Shown here one piece after another: positions 27,399-37,828 of a DNA stretch of 64,000 nucleotides (its first letter is position 1; each line of letters begins with the position of its first letter). A model generated the notes under the pieces. That model did not search any database and was not told where the DNA came from. It saw only the letters and a list, made by a program, of their open reading frames with translations. Made by a program: the position numbers and the translations under genes. The stretch is from Planctomycetota bacterium (GTDB lineage Bacteria; Planctomycetota; JAJSAM01; JAJVHW01), in contig CBDFJG010000002.1 of the NCBI GenBank assembly GCA_965248445.1, positions 96,001-160,000 on the forward strand, given 5' to 3'.

Positions 27399-27908
27399 AT
27401 GAGCGCCAGGACGACATTCCGTCTCCTCTCAGGCGGAGTCTCTCTTGAGATTGGTGGCACACCTGAGTTCGTGCGTGACAACTTGCGTCCGTTCCTCCCA
27501 TTCGTGCAGAGAGTGGCGGGAGAGAGTGCAATCGAATCGCCAGAAGAGGGCGCGGAGAAGCCGCAGCGCGACCTTCCGGCCTGGTACGAGCAGCACGTCG
27601 CGCCGGGGATGCGCCTCACGATGCAGGACAGCATCCTGGTCTTCGCGCTGTGGATGCGGAGCTTCAAGAAGTTCGTGTTCACCGCCAATGACATCCGCCA
27701 CGCATTCGCCGAGGTCGGCCAGCAGGCGCCCAAGAGCCTGCTCCAGTTGCTCGGGACGCTGAAGCGAGACCACAAGCTGATCCTCGGGACGGATCGTCGC
27801 GGCGAGTACATGCTCAACACGACGGGGATCGAGCGGGCGCGCCGCACCGTCGGCCTGCCACCCAAGCGCGGGTCGGAAAGCGCCGGAGGAGGAGGCGGCC
27901 GTGGCTGA
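27399..27908 (+). CDS. Hypothetical protein with putative C-terminal winged helix (paralog A)
   Basis: Starts MSARTTF; clear similarity to the next gene; ends in a wing-like RRGEYMLNTTG. Confidence 0.75.
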   Translation: MSARTTFRLLSGGVSLEIGGTPEFVRDNLRPFLPFVQRVAGESAIESPEEGAEKPQRDLPAWYEQHVAPGMRLTMQDSILVFALWMRSFKKFVFTANDIRHAFAEVGQQAPKSLLQLLGTLKRDHKLILGTDRRGEYMLNTTGIERARRTVGLPPKRGSESAGGGGGRG

Positions 27909-28368
27909 GCGCGCGTCCCCGGACGCGGTGTTCCGCTTCAACTGCGGCGAACTGGAGTTGGAGTTCGCCGGCCCCGAGGCGTGGGTCGCGGGACAGATCT
28001 CGCACTTCCTCGGCCGCATCAAAAAAGAGCTCGGGCTGGAGGACGCCGCACCGGCCGGGACTTCGCAGCCGCCGCTTGCCGAGTTCCTCCGAAGCGCACG
28101 GACGCGCACCGGGCGTGGTGCGCTGCAGGACACGATCCTCGTGTTCGCGCACTACCTGCGGGAGACGCACGGCGTCGACGAGATCGGCATCGACGACATC
28201 GGCGCGTGCTTCGGGATCGTCGGCCAGAAGCAGCCGCGCAACCTGGCGAACACGATCGGCGTGATGAAGCGGTCGCAACGCTTCTTCGAACCCGGCTCGC
28301 GACGCGGGCGTTACACGCTCACCGACCGGGGTCTGGCCCGCGCCAAGAGTCTCATCGGCCGCCGCTGA
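27901..28368 (+). CDS. Hypothetical protein with putative C-terminal winged helix (paralog B)
   Basis: GGAGG RBS; 8-nt overlap with paralog A; RRGRYTLTDRG wing-like motif. Confidence 0.8.
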   Translation: MAERASPDAVFRFNCGELELEFAGPEAWVAGQISHFLGRIKKELGLEDAAPAGTSQPPLAEFLRSARTRTGRGALQDTILVFAHYLRETHGVDEIGIDDIGACFGIVGQKQPRNLANTIGVMKRSQRFFEPGSRRGRYTLTDRGLARAKSLIGRR

Positions 28369-28371
28369 CGC

Positions 28372-28743
28372 TCAGGGACGCAGCTTGCGCGCCGCCACCG
28401 TGACGGCGTAGCGGTCGCCGTGGCGTTCGATCCAACCGCGCGTGACGCCCTCCTCCAGGAGCTCTTCCACGCTGCGTTTCTCATCGACGGGCACACCTGC
28501 GGTGTCGGCGTCGTCACGCGTGAACGTGTCGTCCAGGGCGAGCTTCCTGACCAGGTCCTCGAGCACCGGATCGGGGCGCTGCCGGGTCCTCCCCGCGCCA
28601 CTGAAGAGCGCCGCCACAGCCACACCGGCCGCCGTCAGGGCGAGAGCGGGCAGCAGGATCGCCAGAGCCAGGCAGCCTCCGGCGCCACTCTGCTTCGTCG
28701 CACCGCCGAAGGCGCCCCGCAGTTGTCGGTCACGGTGTCTCAT
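28372..28743 (-). CDS. Small membrane-anchored protein with a winged-helix-like C-terminus
   Basis: One long hydrophobic segment, then VEELLEEGVTRGWIERHGDRYAVT. Confidence 0.6.
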   Translation of the reverse strand: MRHRDRQLRGAFGGATKQSGAGGCLALAILLPALALTAAGVAVAALFSGAGRTRQRPDPVLEDLVRKLALDDTFTRDDADTAGVPVDEKRSVEELLEEGVTRGWIERHGDRYAVTVAARKLRP

Positions 28744-28770
28744 CGCGGATTTGGAGGATACTCTCCCTTC

Positions 28771-29394
28771 GTGCTCCCCCCCGACCTTGCAGACTTCGCG
28801 TTCCAGGCCGACGGAGGCGCGATCGCAGCCCTTGCCGACCGCGCCGCCGACGGTCGCGGGCCCGGAAGCGTGCTGGTACTCGGTGCTTCGCAGCCTGCGC
28901 TCCTCGAAGCGCTCCGGTCCCGAGGAGCGCCGCTCGTCGTCGTGGACTCCTCACGCACCGCGCTCGGGAGGGTCCGCGACATGGCAGGCGCGGACGTCGA
29001 ACTGCTGGCCGACGATCCTCGCGAGTTCGACGCCCCGGCCGGGATCGCCGTGGCGCTCGCGACGGCCACGGCATGGCGCTCGCTGATCCACGACGCCGAC
29101 CGCAAGCGCGTCCTCCGGTCGCTCTGCGCAGCGGTCGGCGCGACCGGCACCGTCGTCGTCGAACTCGAGCGCGTACCCGAGGAGTCCGAGGGCCGCTCGG
29201 ACGCACTGCGTTGGACGCGGCAAGGCGACCTCGTGGACGTTCGCGCCGCACACTCTGACGTCCCGCTGCTGCTGACTGCCGCCCCGGTAGCCGACCTCGC
29301 CGCCGAGGTCGCCGCCGCGTCCGGTGGTGCCGTGCGCACGCTCCCGTCTCCGGACGCGGCGCGCGTGCACGTGGTAGCGGGCAGCGACGCGTGA
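28771..29394 (+). CDS. Class I SAM-methyltransferase-like protein, divergent
   Basis: VLVLGA, VVVDSS, ADDPREF, GTVVVE follow the Rossmann MTase motif order; TACTCT-N6-GTG start; GTGA overlap with the next gene. Confidence 0.6.
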   Translation: MLPPDLADFAFQADGGAIAALADRAADGRGPGSVLVLGASQPALLEALRSRGAPLVVVDSSRTALGRVRDMAGADVELLADDPREFDAPAGIAVALATATAWRSLIHDADRKRVLRSLCAAVGATGTVVVELERVPEESEGRSDALRWTRQGDLVDVRAAHSDVPLLLTAAPVADLAAEVAAASGGAVRTLPSPDAARVHVVAGSDA

Positions 29395-30602
29395 CCCGCC
29401 CGCTGGCCGCGGTGGTCTCGACGCGGGGGCGCACGACTCCCGTGCTCGCGCAGGTTCCGGCACTCCTGGCCGCGGTACGGGCCGCAGGCCGCGAGGTCAC
29501 GGCAGTGGTGCTCGCCCCGTCTCGCGGCCTGATCGGCGGGCGCGGCGCGAGTCACGCCCGGGTGCGCAACGCGCTACGCGCGGCGACGGGAGTCGAGACC
29601 ATCGACCTGACTGGGAACGACGCCGCGCGCGAGGGACGCCGGCTGTCCGGCGCGCTCAGCAAGCGCGGATTCGGCAACGCTGTGCTGCTGTGCCGAGGCG
29701 AGGACGCGGCTCTGCTCGGGATCGCCGCGCGCCGGGGGACCGACGCGCTGCGAGTCGTGCTCGACCTGCGCGGAGACTCTGCCGCGGAACACCTAGCGCG
29801 GTGCCGACGACCCGAGGACGAGCTGAGCCGCTCCGAGGCCGCTGAACTCGAGAACCTCCGCACGCGCCAGCGGGATGCGGCGGCCGGCGCCGACGCGGTG
29901 ATCTGCGCGAGCACGGAGCTCGCGCGCGTCGTGTCCGCGCGACACGATCTCCCGCGCGCGAAGTTCACTCATCTTCCGGCTCTCGCCGCTCCGGTCGCGA
30001 ATGCAGAGGAACTCCGCACGCGCGCGCGAAAACGACTCCGGGTGCGAGACGACCAGCTTCTGCTCGCGACGTCCTCCTCTCTCGAGCCATGGCACCTCGC
30101 GGACGAGACTGTTCTGCTCGTCCGCGCTCTTGCCGGAATCCGGCCGGGGGCGCGGCTGCTGTTCGTGACACCTGCGCCAGGTCGCGCCAAGTCGGCGCTC
30201 CGACGAGTCGGCTACGACCGGGCGATCGTGCGGAGCACCGCGCCCGGCGAGGTCGACGCCGTGCTGGCGGCCGCCGACGACGGACTCGTGCTGCGACGCA
30301 GCGACGACGTCTCGCGCGTCGCGTGCCCTCTCGCGTTCGGTGAGTACCTCGCACTGGGCGTCCGGCCGGTTCTCACACCGGGGATCGGAGATCAAAGTCA
30401 GGCGTGCAACCAGAACACGCTCGGCATCCTGGTGAGCCAAAGCGACGTCGAGCGCGCCGCGAATTCGATCCTCCTCGACACGGAGAGCCCGACGGGACTC
30501 GGCCCCGAGGGACGAGCCCGCCGCCGGCGCTGGGCGTCGGAGCACATCGCCCCGTCCAAGATCGCCGGCCGACTTCTCGCCGTAGTCGACGACGTCGACT
30601 AG
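29391..30602 (+). CDS. GT-B (GT4-like) glycosyltransferase, divergent
   Basis: [40 protein letters not shown]. Confidence 0.7.
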   Translation: MTRPLAAVVSTRGRTTPVLAQVPALLAAVRAAGREVTAVVLAPSRGLIGGRGASHARVRNALRAATGVETIDLTGNDAAREGRRLSGALSKRGFGNAVLLCRGEDAALLGIAARRGTDALRVVLDLRGDSAAEHLARCRRPEDELSRSEAAELENLRTRQRDAAAGADAVICASTELARVVSARHDLPRAKFTHLPALAAPVANAEELRTRARKRLRVRDDQLLLATSSSLEPWHLADETVLLVRALAGIRPGARLLFVTPAPGRAKSALRRVGYDRAIVRSTAPGEVDAVLAAADDGLVLRRSDDVSRVACPLAFGEYLALGVRPVLTPGIGDQSQACNQNTLGILVSQSDVERAANSILLDTESPTGLGPEGRARRRRWASEHIAPSKIAGRLLAVVDDVD

Positions 30603-32671
30603 CGGGCCAGGTGCGCGCGCACGCGGTCGGCAACTGCGGACGGCGTGAACCCGAAGTGTGCGAACACGTCCTTCGCGGGCGCCGACTCGCCGTAGGTCTC
30701 GATCCCGATGACGAGTCCGTCGCGGCCGACGAACCGGTACCAGCCGTCTGGGCGCCCGGCCTCGATCGCGACCGCCGGAACGTCTCGCGGCAGCGCCGCG
30801 TTCTTCCAGGCGTCGTCCTGACGGTCGAACAGCTCGACGGACGGCATCGAGACGACGCGTGCCGCAACGCCGCTCTCTGCGAGCAGATCGCAGGCGCCGA
30901 GTGCGACTCCGACCTCCGAGCCGGTAGCGATCAGGACGACGTCGGGCGTGCCGGCCGTGTCCCGCGCCACGTAGCCGCCGCGCAGCAGATCGGATGACGT
31001 GAAGGCGGCCGGGCGTTCGAACTCGGGCACCTTCTGGCGCGTCAGCACGATCACCGACGGTCCGTCGCGGCGCGTGACGGCGTCGGCCCACGCCGCAGCC
31101 GTCTCGGGGCCGTCCGCGGGACGGTGGACCGTGACGCCGGGGATCATGCGCGCGGTCCAGAGGTGCTCGATGGGCTGGTGTGTCGGCCCGTCCTCGCCCA
31201 GTCCGATCGAGTCGTGTGAGAACACGAACGTCGAGCCGTGGTGGGACAGCGCTGCCAGGCGCACGGGCGGCCGCATGTAGTCGAGGAACGCCAGGAACGT
31301 CGCGCAGTACGGCGTCCACGCCCCCTGCGTCGCCAGGCCGTTGACGACCGCGCCCATCGCGTGCTCGCGCACACCAAAGTGCAGGTTCTGCCCCGCGAAG
31401 CTCTCGCCCTCGCCGTTGCCCACAGGCGGCGAACCGTCGATCCACGAGCAGTTCGAGCCCGTGAGATCCGCGGAGCCGCCGACCATGTTCGGGACGAACT
31501 TGTTCAGCCGCTGCAGGACGGCGTGGGAGTGCTTCCGCGTTGCGTTGACGCCGGGCTCCCACCCGTCGAGCAGGCGAGTGAGCACGTCCTCGGACGTTCC
31601 CAGATCGGGCTCGAACTGACGCTCCCAGGCCGCGGCGACGTCGCTGCGTTCGTCGGTCCAACGACGGATCATCTCGACCCACGCTGAGCGCCGCCGCGCG
31701 CCGGCGTCCGCCAGCGCGCCGAAGCGCTCGTACACCTCGGCCGGCACCACGAAGGTCGGCTCGACGGGCCAGCCGTACGCCTCCTTCGTGAGTACCGTCT
31801 CGTCTGCACCGAGCGCCGCGCCGTGAGACGCCGCGCTGTTCTGCTTGTTGGGCGAGCCCTTACCAATGACCGTGCGGCAGACGATCAGCGACGGACGGGA
31901 ACCGTCAGCGAGCGCCCCCTCGATTGCAGCGGCGATGGCCTCTCGATCGTGGCCGTCGCACTCGAGCACCTGCCAGCCGTACGCCTGGAAGCGCCCGCTG
32001 ACGTCCTCAGAGAAGCTGAGGTCCGTGGATCCGTCGATCGAGATGCGGTTCGAGTCGTAGAGGTAGATGAGATTCCCGAGACCCAGGTGGCCCGCGAACG
32101 AAGCGGCCTCGGCCGCGACGCCCTCCATCAGGTCACCGTCGGAGACCAGCGCGAACGTGCGGTGCGTCGTGACCGGGAACTCCGGCGTGTTGTACCGCTC
32201 GGCGAGCATGCGCTGGCCGAGCGCGATGCCGACGCCATTGGCGAACCCTTGGCCGAGCGGTCCGGTCGTGACTTCGACACCCGGCGTGAGGCCGTGTTCG
32301 GGATGTCCCGGCGTCTTCGAGCCGAGCTGCCGGAAGTTGCGGATCTCGTGCATCGGCAGGTCGTAACCCGACAGGTGCAGCAGCGCGTAGAGCAGCGCCG
32401 AGCCGTGTCCAGCGGACAACACGAAACGATCGCGATCGCGCCAGTCCAGTGCATCGGGATCGAAGCGCAGATACCGCGACCAGAGCGTGAACGCGACGTC
32501 CGCCGCCCCCATCGGCAGGCCCGGATGGCCACTGTTGGCTGCATTGACCATGTCCACCGCGAGCATGCGGATGGTGTCCACGCAGAGCTGATCGAGGTCG
32601 CGCGATCGAACTCCGAGTTCGCTCGCGGTCTTGGCATCTCTCGTCATGGCGGGGCTCGTGTTCGTCGTCAT
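30599..32671 (-). CDS. tkt: Transketolase
   Basis: [58 protein letters not shown]; start is 32671 or 32647. Confidence 0.97.
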   Translation of the reverse strand: MTTNTSPAMTRDAKTASELGVRSRDLDQLCVDTIRMLAVDMVNAANSGHPGLPMGAADVAFTLWSRYLRFDPDALDWRDRDRFVLSAGHGSALLYALLHLSGYDLPMHEIRNFRQLGSKTPGHPEHGLTPGVEVTTGPLGQGFANGVGIALGQRMLAERYNTPEFPVTTHRTFALVSDGDLMEGVAAEAASFAGHLGLGNLIYLYDSNRISIDGSTDLSFSEDVSGRFQAYGWQVLECDGHDREAIAAAIEGALADGSRPSLIVCRTVIGKGSPNKQNSAASHGAALGADETVLTKEAYGWPVEPTFVVPAEVYERFGALADAGARRRSAWVEMIRRWTDERSDVAAAWERQFEPDLGTSEDVLTRLLDGWEPGVNATRKHSHAVLQRLNKFVPNMVGGSADLTGSNCSWIDGSPPVGNGEGESFAGQNLHFGVREHAMGAVVNGLATQGAWTPYCATFLAFLDYMRPPVRLAALSHHGSTFVFSHDSIGLGEDGPTHQPIEHLWTARMIPGVTVHRPADGPETAAAWADAVTRRDGPSVIVLTRQKVPEFERPAAFTSSDLLRGGYVARDTAGTPDVVLIATGSEVGVALGACDLLAESGVAARVVSMPSVELFDRQDDAWKNAALPRDVPAVAIEAGRPDGWYRFVGRDGLVIGIETYGESAPAKDVFAHFGFTPSAVADRVRAHLAR

Positions 32672-32995
32672 GGGCGGGATTGTCGGGCGTTGCACGGACG
32701 GCGAGTCTCGACCGCCAGTTCGCACCGCGCGAGGATTAGCCACGGCGGTCTGCAGTGGGCTCGCGCCGCTCCCTCGAGGCCCGCGCTGGAGGGGCCCTGG
32801 ACCCGCTCCCCACCACTCCTCGGACGGTGCGGACGCGACGCGCGACGGCCGGCGAGGTCGTCCGCAGCCGCCCGGTTCCGCGACGCGAACCGTCCAGGAA
32901 CCGGGACGGTTCGTCGAGGCCGGGGCACCCTGAGTCCCCGAATCGAGACATGGCCGGCGACCCGACGCACGCTGCGGGGCCTCGTTGCGCGGGGT

Positions 32996-33754
32996 CTACC
33001 GAATGAGCACGCGGAAGCGGCAGACCTCGCGGAAGCCGACGCGTAGGCAGATCGGCGCCGATGTCGTCGAGACCGCGAGGTTCGCCGCGCGGTCCATCCC
33101 GAGCCCGCGCAGATCCCCCACGCGGCGGGACAGCAGCGCCCGGTACGCGCCGCGTCCGCGATGGTCCGGGAGCACGACGGCGCCCGACAGGTACGCAACT
33201 CCGTCGGCGACCCTCATGGCCGCCGTCGCAATGGGCACGCCCGCGCGCGACGCGACGTAGAAGCGCTCGATGCGCGGCGCGGCGGCAAGCTGACGTTCGA
33301 TCCCGCTCTGGAAGCGTGCACGTGCGTCGACGGTCATTCCCCACCCGCGCGCTGTCACGTCCACCCAGGTGTCCGGCGCGGCGACCTCGTCGACGGAGAT
33401 GTCGTCCGGCGCGGGGATCTCAGCCGTGTCCACGTCGAGGACAAGGCCACTCAGTTCGTTGAACGGCACGAACCCGGCAGCAAGGAGCCGCTGCTCGAGA
33501 TCCCGCGGCCGGCTGCGCGGGCCGAGAACCCAGCGGAACGGAACGCGAACGGACTCGTAGTGGGCGCACGTCGCCGCGATACGCGCGCCCGCCTCGCCAT
33601 CACCGACAACCGAGTGGTAGACGCCGTTGCGATAGTGCGTCTTCGCCGCGGGCTCCGTCACCCGCACCCAGTCATCGCGGACGACGAGCGTGCGCTCGGG
33701 CCCGGGCGTGATCGCGAGCACCTGCGCGCTGTGAATGAGATCCAGGTCGTCCAC
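32996..33754 (-). CDS. GNAT family N-acetyltransferase
   Basis: VVLPDHRGRGAYRALL acetyl-CoA motif, SAPICLRVGF; TACACT-N6-GTG start. Confidence 0.85.
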   Translation of the reverse strand: MDDLDLIHSAQVLAITPGPERTLVVRDDWVRVTEPAAKTHYRNGVYHSVVGDGEAGARIAATCAHYESVRVPFRWVLGPRSRPRDLEQRLLAAGFVPFNELSGLVLDVDTAEIPAPDDISVDEVAAPDTWVDVTARGWGMTVDARARFQSGIERQLAAAPRIERFYVASRAGVPIATAAMRVADGVAYLSGAVVLPDHRGRGAYRALLSRRVGDLRGLGMDRAANLAVSTTSAPICLRVGFREVCRFRVLIR

Positions 33755-33805
33755 ACTCGGAGTGTAGGGAGAAGAGCCGGGCCACGGGGTCTGTATGCTG
33801 CGTCC

Positions 33806-35026
33806 ATGCGCACACTGCCCGCAGTCCTCACGGCCCTCGTCGCTGCCGCCGCGTTCCTGCCCGTGGAGGTGCACGCGAAGGGCCCCTCCCCCGCGGACCT
33901 CCTCGACAAGGCGCGGGCGCTCGCCGAGGGAGACAACGTCGCCGCGGCGGCCGACGCGTTCGGCAAGGCGGCACGGGCGGCACACGACGGGGCCGACCTG
34001 CTCATCGAGCGCGACGTGTCGAAGGACCTGGGCGAGTTCCTGGGCCGCCAGGAAGGCGACCACGTGGTCCTGCAGGAGGCGGTCCGCTCGGTGATCCTCC
34101 AGCTCGATCCCGAACGCACCGGGTGCTTCGTGTCGGTGCCCGGCCTGGGTCTCGACGCGCTGTACGCCGCGACAAAGAGCGGCGACGTCGCTTCGGTGGT
34201 CGAGACCGCTGCACAGGTCGTCTTGTGGGCCGAGTCGGGACGGAAGGGTCCGTGCATGGCCGCACGTCCGATCGGCCTCTACGCGGCAGCAATTCTGCGC
34301 GCGGCCGATTCGACGGCGACCCCGGCAGACCGGGCCACGACGGGCGACGAGTGGGAAGAAGCGCGCAGCGCAGCCGCGGAGATGGGCTTCACCGAATTGC
34401 TGGTGAACATCACCACCGAGTTCGCCGTGGCGGCCCACGCCGCCGGTGACGGAGAGGGCGCCGTGGCCGCGCTCAAGAGTTCGCTCGCCGCGATCCCAGA
34501 ATCCGAGAAGAAGGACACGATGCTCGTCCCGTCATGGGGCTCGCTCCTTCGCTCGCGCATCGGCGAGGGCGCCGAGGCCTACACCGGAGCGATCGGCCTG
34601 GGCGGCCCGCGGACTGCGCGCTCCAAGGGCGGCGCAGGCGGCGCGGGCGGCGCGGGCGGCGCAGGTGCCGACGGATCGAGCGGTCCGCCGAAGTCTCCGA
34701 TCGGCAAGCGCTGGGACAAGCTCAAGGGCACCTCCCCCATCATGACTGTCGAGCGCGTAGGCGACGGGTTCGTGGTGAAGGCGCACTTCGCGAAGAAGCT
34801 CGACGTCGAGGAGGAGTACGACGGCAGGTTCCGGGTAAAGAGCGTCGGCGGCGTGCACATGGCGTACTGCGCACGGAGCGTCGGGCTGTGGAAGATCGAC
34901 CTCAAGGGCCGGGACGGAACCGACGGCGGAAGCCCCAAGCGGCCGAAGTTCCGCGCGCTGCACCTTCTCGCGGACGGCGAGCGCGTCACGTTCTCGAAGA
35001 AGAAGGGTGCGACCTTCTCCCGTTAG
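33806..35026 (+). CDS. Secreted hypothetical protein: helical N-terminus, Gly-Ala linker, basic C-terminal domain
   Basis: Signal peptide ending VHA; TATGCT-N6-ATG start. Confidence 0.75.
   Translation: MRTLPAVLTALVAAAAFLPVEVHAKGPSPADLLDKARALAEGDNVAAAADAFGKAARAAHDGADLLIERDVSKDLGEFLGRQEGDHVVLQEAVRSVILQLDPERTGCFVSVPGLGLDALYAATKSGDVASVVETAAQVVLWAESGRKGPCMAARPIGLYAAAILRAADSTATPADRATTGDEWEEARSAAAEMGFTELLVNITTEFAVAAHAAGDGEGAVAALKSSLAAIPESEKKDTMLVPSWGSLLRSRIGEGAEAYTGAIGLGGPRTARSKGGAGGAGGAGGAGADGSSGPPKSPIGKRWDKLKGTSPIMTVERVGDGFVVKAHFAKKLDVEEEYDGRFRVKSVGGVHMAYCARSVGLWKIDLKGRDGTDGGSPKRPKFRALHLLADGERVTFSKKKGATFSR
34628..34663 (+). repeat. In-frame 9-bp tandem repeat (GGCGGCGCR)x4 encoding a GGA linker
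   Basis: ggcggcgca ggcggcgcg ggcggcgcg ggcggcgca read directly from the sequence. Confidence 0.8.
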
Positions 35027-36591
35027 GCCAGCAGGGCGTCGAGCCGTTCCAGATCGCGGATGCGCAGGCGCACGACCTCGCGGCCGCGTGCGAGGAGCGC
35101 GCGCACGTCGCCCTCGGCCTGGGCCGCGAACAACTGTCCGAAGGTGAGGTCCTTGCCCGGGATCGGCGGGTCGTCATCGGTGTACGTCGCCATCGGACCC
35201 TCCAGAACGACGAACACACCGTTCGCCGGGCCGCCCTTGTGCAACTGCCCGGTCGAGTGCAGGTAGCGCGGACCGGTTCCGATCGTGACCGCTGCTCCAG
35301 TGAGCGCACGAATGCGCTCCGAGAGCGCTTCGACGTGGTGCTCCCCGCCCGGCGGCATGTAGTCCAGGATGGCGACGTAGCCGTTGTCGGTGACCGCGTC
35401 GATCGCCGGGGCTAGATCGTCCAGCCGGGAGAACGGCGCGCGCTCGCCCTCGCCCGCCAGCACGGCGAGCGTCGCGGCTTTGGACGATGCCACGTCCGGC
35501 TGGTCGAACGGCTCGACGCCGATGATCACGGAGGCCAGTGCCGTGGCCGCTTCAAGCGCGAGCATCACTCCACCGAGTTCCGAACGATCCGCCAGCGCCA
35601 CGGCCAGCGCCGGCACGGTCTTGTCGACATCCGGTGCGTTCTCGCCGGTCAGCTCGACGCGCAACGCGACGCGATCGGCCAGGGCACCGGTCGCGCCGTC
35701 CACCGTGAGCGGGAGGATCCCCGCCGGGCCGTACGTCCCGTGCTTGCCCGTGCTCTCCGCAATCAACTGCTCCGCCCACACGCCGAGTGACGTCACCGCC
35801 GGTGACGTATAGAGAACAAGCTTGTCGCGACCGGCACGTGCAGCCGCCCCGAGCAGTGCTCCGAGCGCGGCCGGTCCTGACTCGACTCCGTTCGCGCGCA
35901 GCGCGGCAACCTGCTCCGCCGCGCTGGCAAGGAGCCCCTCCACCGGCGCCCCCATGAGCGCCGCCGGGACCAGGCCGAACGGCGAGAGCGCCGAGAACCG
36001 TCCACCGACGTCGGACGGGCTGAGGAACACCCCCCGCCAGCGCTCTGCGGTCGCGATCCTCTCGAGCTCACTGCCGGCATCCGTGATCGCCACGAGATGG
36101 CGGCTGACACCGAGTCGCGCGCTCCTGAGTCGACTGGTGAAGTGACGGCGCAGCGCATCGGTCTCGATGGTCGTGCCGCTCTTGGACGACACGATGAACA
36201 GCGTCTGCCGCAGGTCGAGTTCCTGTTCGAGTGTCCGGATCGCGAACGGATCGGTCGTGTCGAGCACGGTCACGTGCGGCCGGCCCGTCGCGTGGCCGAA
36301 GACCTCGGAGAACACCTCCGGCGCGAGTCCGGAGCCACCCATCCCGCACACGATGACGTCGCGGAACCCATCGGTGGCCACGACGTCGGCGAACGCCGTC
36401 ATGTCCGGGAGCCGCGCGGGCATCGTGGAAGGCAGGTCCAGCCACCCGAGCCGCTGCGAACACAGCGCCGCGACCGTGGCGTCGTCGGACCACAGCGATC
36501 CGTCCTTCGCCAGCATCCTCGCGACGGCATCGTTCTCGCGGAGGAGCTCCGCCCCCGCTGCGAGGAGCGATTCCGTGGTGTCGTCGCTCAC
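35023..36591 (-). CDS. pgi: Glucose-6-phosphate isomerase, of the type seen in Tal/Pgi fusions
   Basis: RLGWL, GMGGSGL, SSKSGTTIET, VGGRFSALS, QLIAESTGK, FDQPDV, GPRYLHSTGQLHKGG. Confidence 0.92.
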   Translation of the reverse strand: MSDDTTESLLAAGAELLRENDAVARMLAKDGSLWSDDATVAALCSQRLGWLDLPSTMPARLPDMTAFADVVATDGFRDVIVCGMGGSGLAPEVFSEVFGHATGRPHVTVLDTTDPFAIRTLEQELDLRQTLFIVSSKSGTTIETDALRRHFTSRLRSARLGVSRHLVAITDAGSELERIATAERWRGVFLSPSDVGGRFSALSPFGLVPAALMGAPVEGLLASAAEQVAALRANGVESGPAALGALLGAAARAGRDKLVLYTSPAVTSLGVWAEQLIAESTGKHGTYGPAGILPLTVDGATGALADRVALRVELTGENAPDVDKTVPALAVALADRSELGGVMLALEAATALASVIIGVEPFDQPDVASSKAATLAVLAGEGERAPFSRLDDLAPAIDAVTDNGYVAILDYMPPGGEHHVEALSERIRALTGAAVTIGTGPRYLHSTGQLHKGGPANGVFVVLEGPMATYTDDDPPIPGKDLTFGQLFAAQAEGDVRALLARGREVVRLRIRDLERLDALLA

Positions 36592-37697
36592 GCTGTCGCG
36601 GTCGCCTCGCGCCGGCGTGCGTCCACAGCCTCGAGCAGTTCGTCGAACGCATCGGCGAAGCTCTTGACGCCGGCCGCCAGGAGCGTGGCGCAGACCGATT
36701 CGACGCTGATGCCGAGCGCCTCGACCGCAGCCAGCTGCTCGCGGGCCGCCGCGACACCCGTACGGACGGTCAGCGCGACCGCGCCGTGGTCGTTGAATGC
36801 CGCCAGCGTCTTCGGGGGAATGGTGTTGACGGTGTGCGGACCGATCAGCGTGTCCACGTACAGCGTGTCGGGATACGCGGGGTCCTTCGTGCTCGTGCTC
36901 GCCCAGAGCGGCCGCTGCACCGCCGCACCCTGCTCACGAAGAGCCGCGAAGCGGGCGGAGTCGAACTCGCTCTCGAAGAGCGCGTACGCGAGCTTCGCGT
37001 TCGCGATGGCGGCCTTGCCGCGAAGCGCCTGCGCGGCGTCACCCTTCGCGGTGAGCGCCTTGTCGATGGCGCCGTCGACGCGCGAGACGAAGAACGATGC
37101 GACGGAGTGGATGCCGCCGATCGCATCCCCGCGCCCGGCGCGCTCTTCCAGTCCCGTCATGTACGCGTCGATGACGTCGGCGTATGCCGAGCGCGCGAAG
37201 ATCAGCGTGACGTTGACGTTGATGGCCTCGCTGATCAGGGTCCGGATGGCCGGCATGCCCTCCGGCGTCGCCGGCACCTTGATCATCAGATTGGGCCGGT
37301 CCACCGTGCTCCACAGGCGGCGCGCCTCGGCGATGGTCGCCGCGGTGTCGTGCGCGAGGGCCGGCGAGACCTCGAGCGACACGAAGCCGTCGGCGCCCTG
37401 CGCCTCGTCCCATACCGGACGCAGGATCCCGCACGCCGTTCGGATGTCCTCGATGGCGAGCGTCTCGTAGATCTCGACGGCGCTCTTGCCCTCGGCCGCC
37501 AGAGAGTCGAATTCCCCGGCATAGAGCGGTGAGGTCGTCATGGCGGCCTTGAAGATCGAGGGGTTCGACGTGACGCCGCGCACGCCCTCCTCCGCGACCA
37601 TCCGGGCCAGCTCACCCGACGCGAACAGATCGCGGCTCAGGTTGTCGTACCAGATGCTCTGACCGAGTTCGGCCACACGAACGGCAGGCAGCACCAT
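36588..37697 (-). CDS. tal: Transaldolase
   Basis: QSIWYDN, GVTSNPSIF, NLMIKVPAT (Schiff-base Lys), NVTLIF, SFFVSRVD, RPLWASTSTKDP; GAGG RBS. Confidence 0.96.
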   Translation of the reverse strand: MVLPAVRVAELGQSIWYDNLSRDLFASGELARMVAEEGVRGVTSNPSIFKAAMTTSPLYAGEFDSLAAEGKSAVEIYETLAIEDIRTACGILRPVWDEAQGADGFVSLEVSPALAHDTAATIAEARRLWSTVDRPNLMIKVPATPEGMPAIRTLISEAINVNVTLIFARSAYADVIDAYMTGLEERAGRGDAIGGIHSVASFFVSRVDGAIDKALTAKGDAAQALRGKAAIANAKLAYALFESEFDSARFAALREQGAAVQRPLWASTSTKDPAYPDTLYVDTLIGPHTVNTIPPKTLAAFNDHGAVALTVRTGVAAAREQLAAVEALGISVESVCATLLAAGVKSFADAFDELLEAVDARRREATATA

Positions 37698-37828
37698 CTC
37701 GTCCTCCTCTGCGTGCTGATGGGGAGCCGAGATCCTACCCCGCCGGACCCCGCACCCGACTGAGGGACGGAGCGCGGAGGCTCGAAAAAGCAGCCGCACG
37801 ATCGGCGCCGCCCGGACCATCTCCCCGC

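Noticed and set aside
27399..28368. Toxin-antitoxin pair
   Set aside because: The two genes are homologous to each other and neither shows a recognisable toxin motif
24425..28743. RiPP/microcin cluster around tldD-pmbA
   Set aside because: No precursor peptide, YcaO, radical SAM enzyme or exporter nearby
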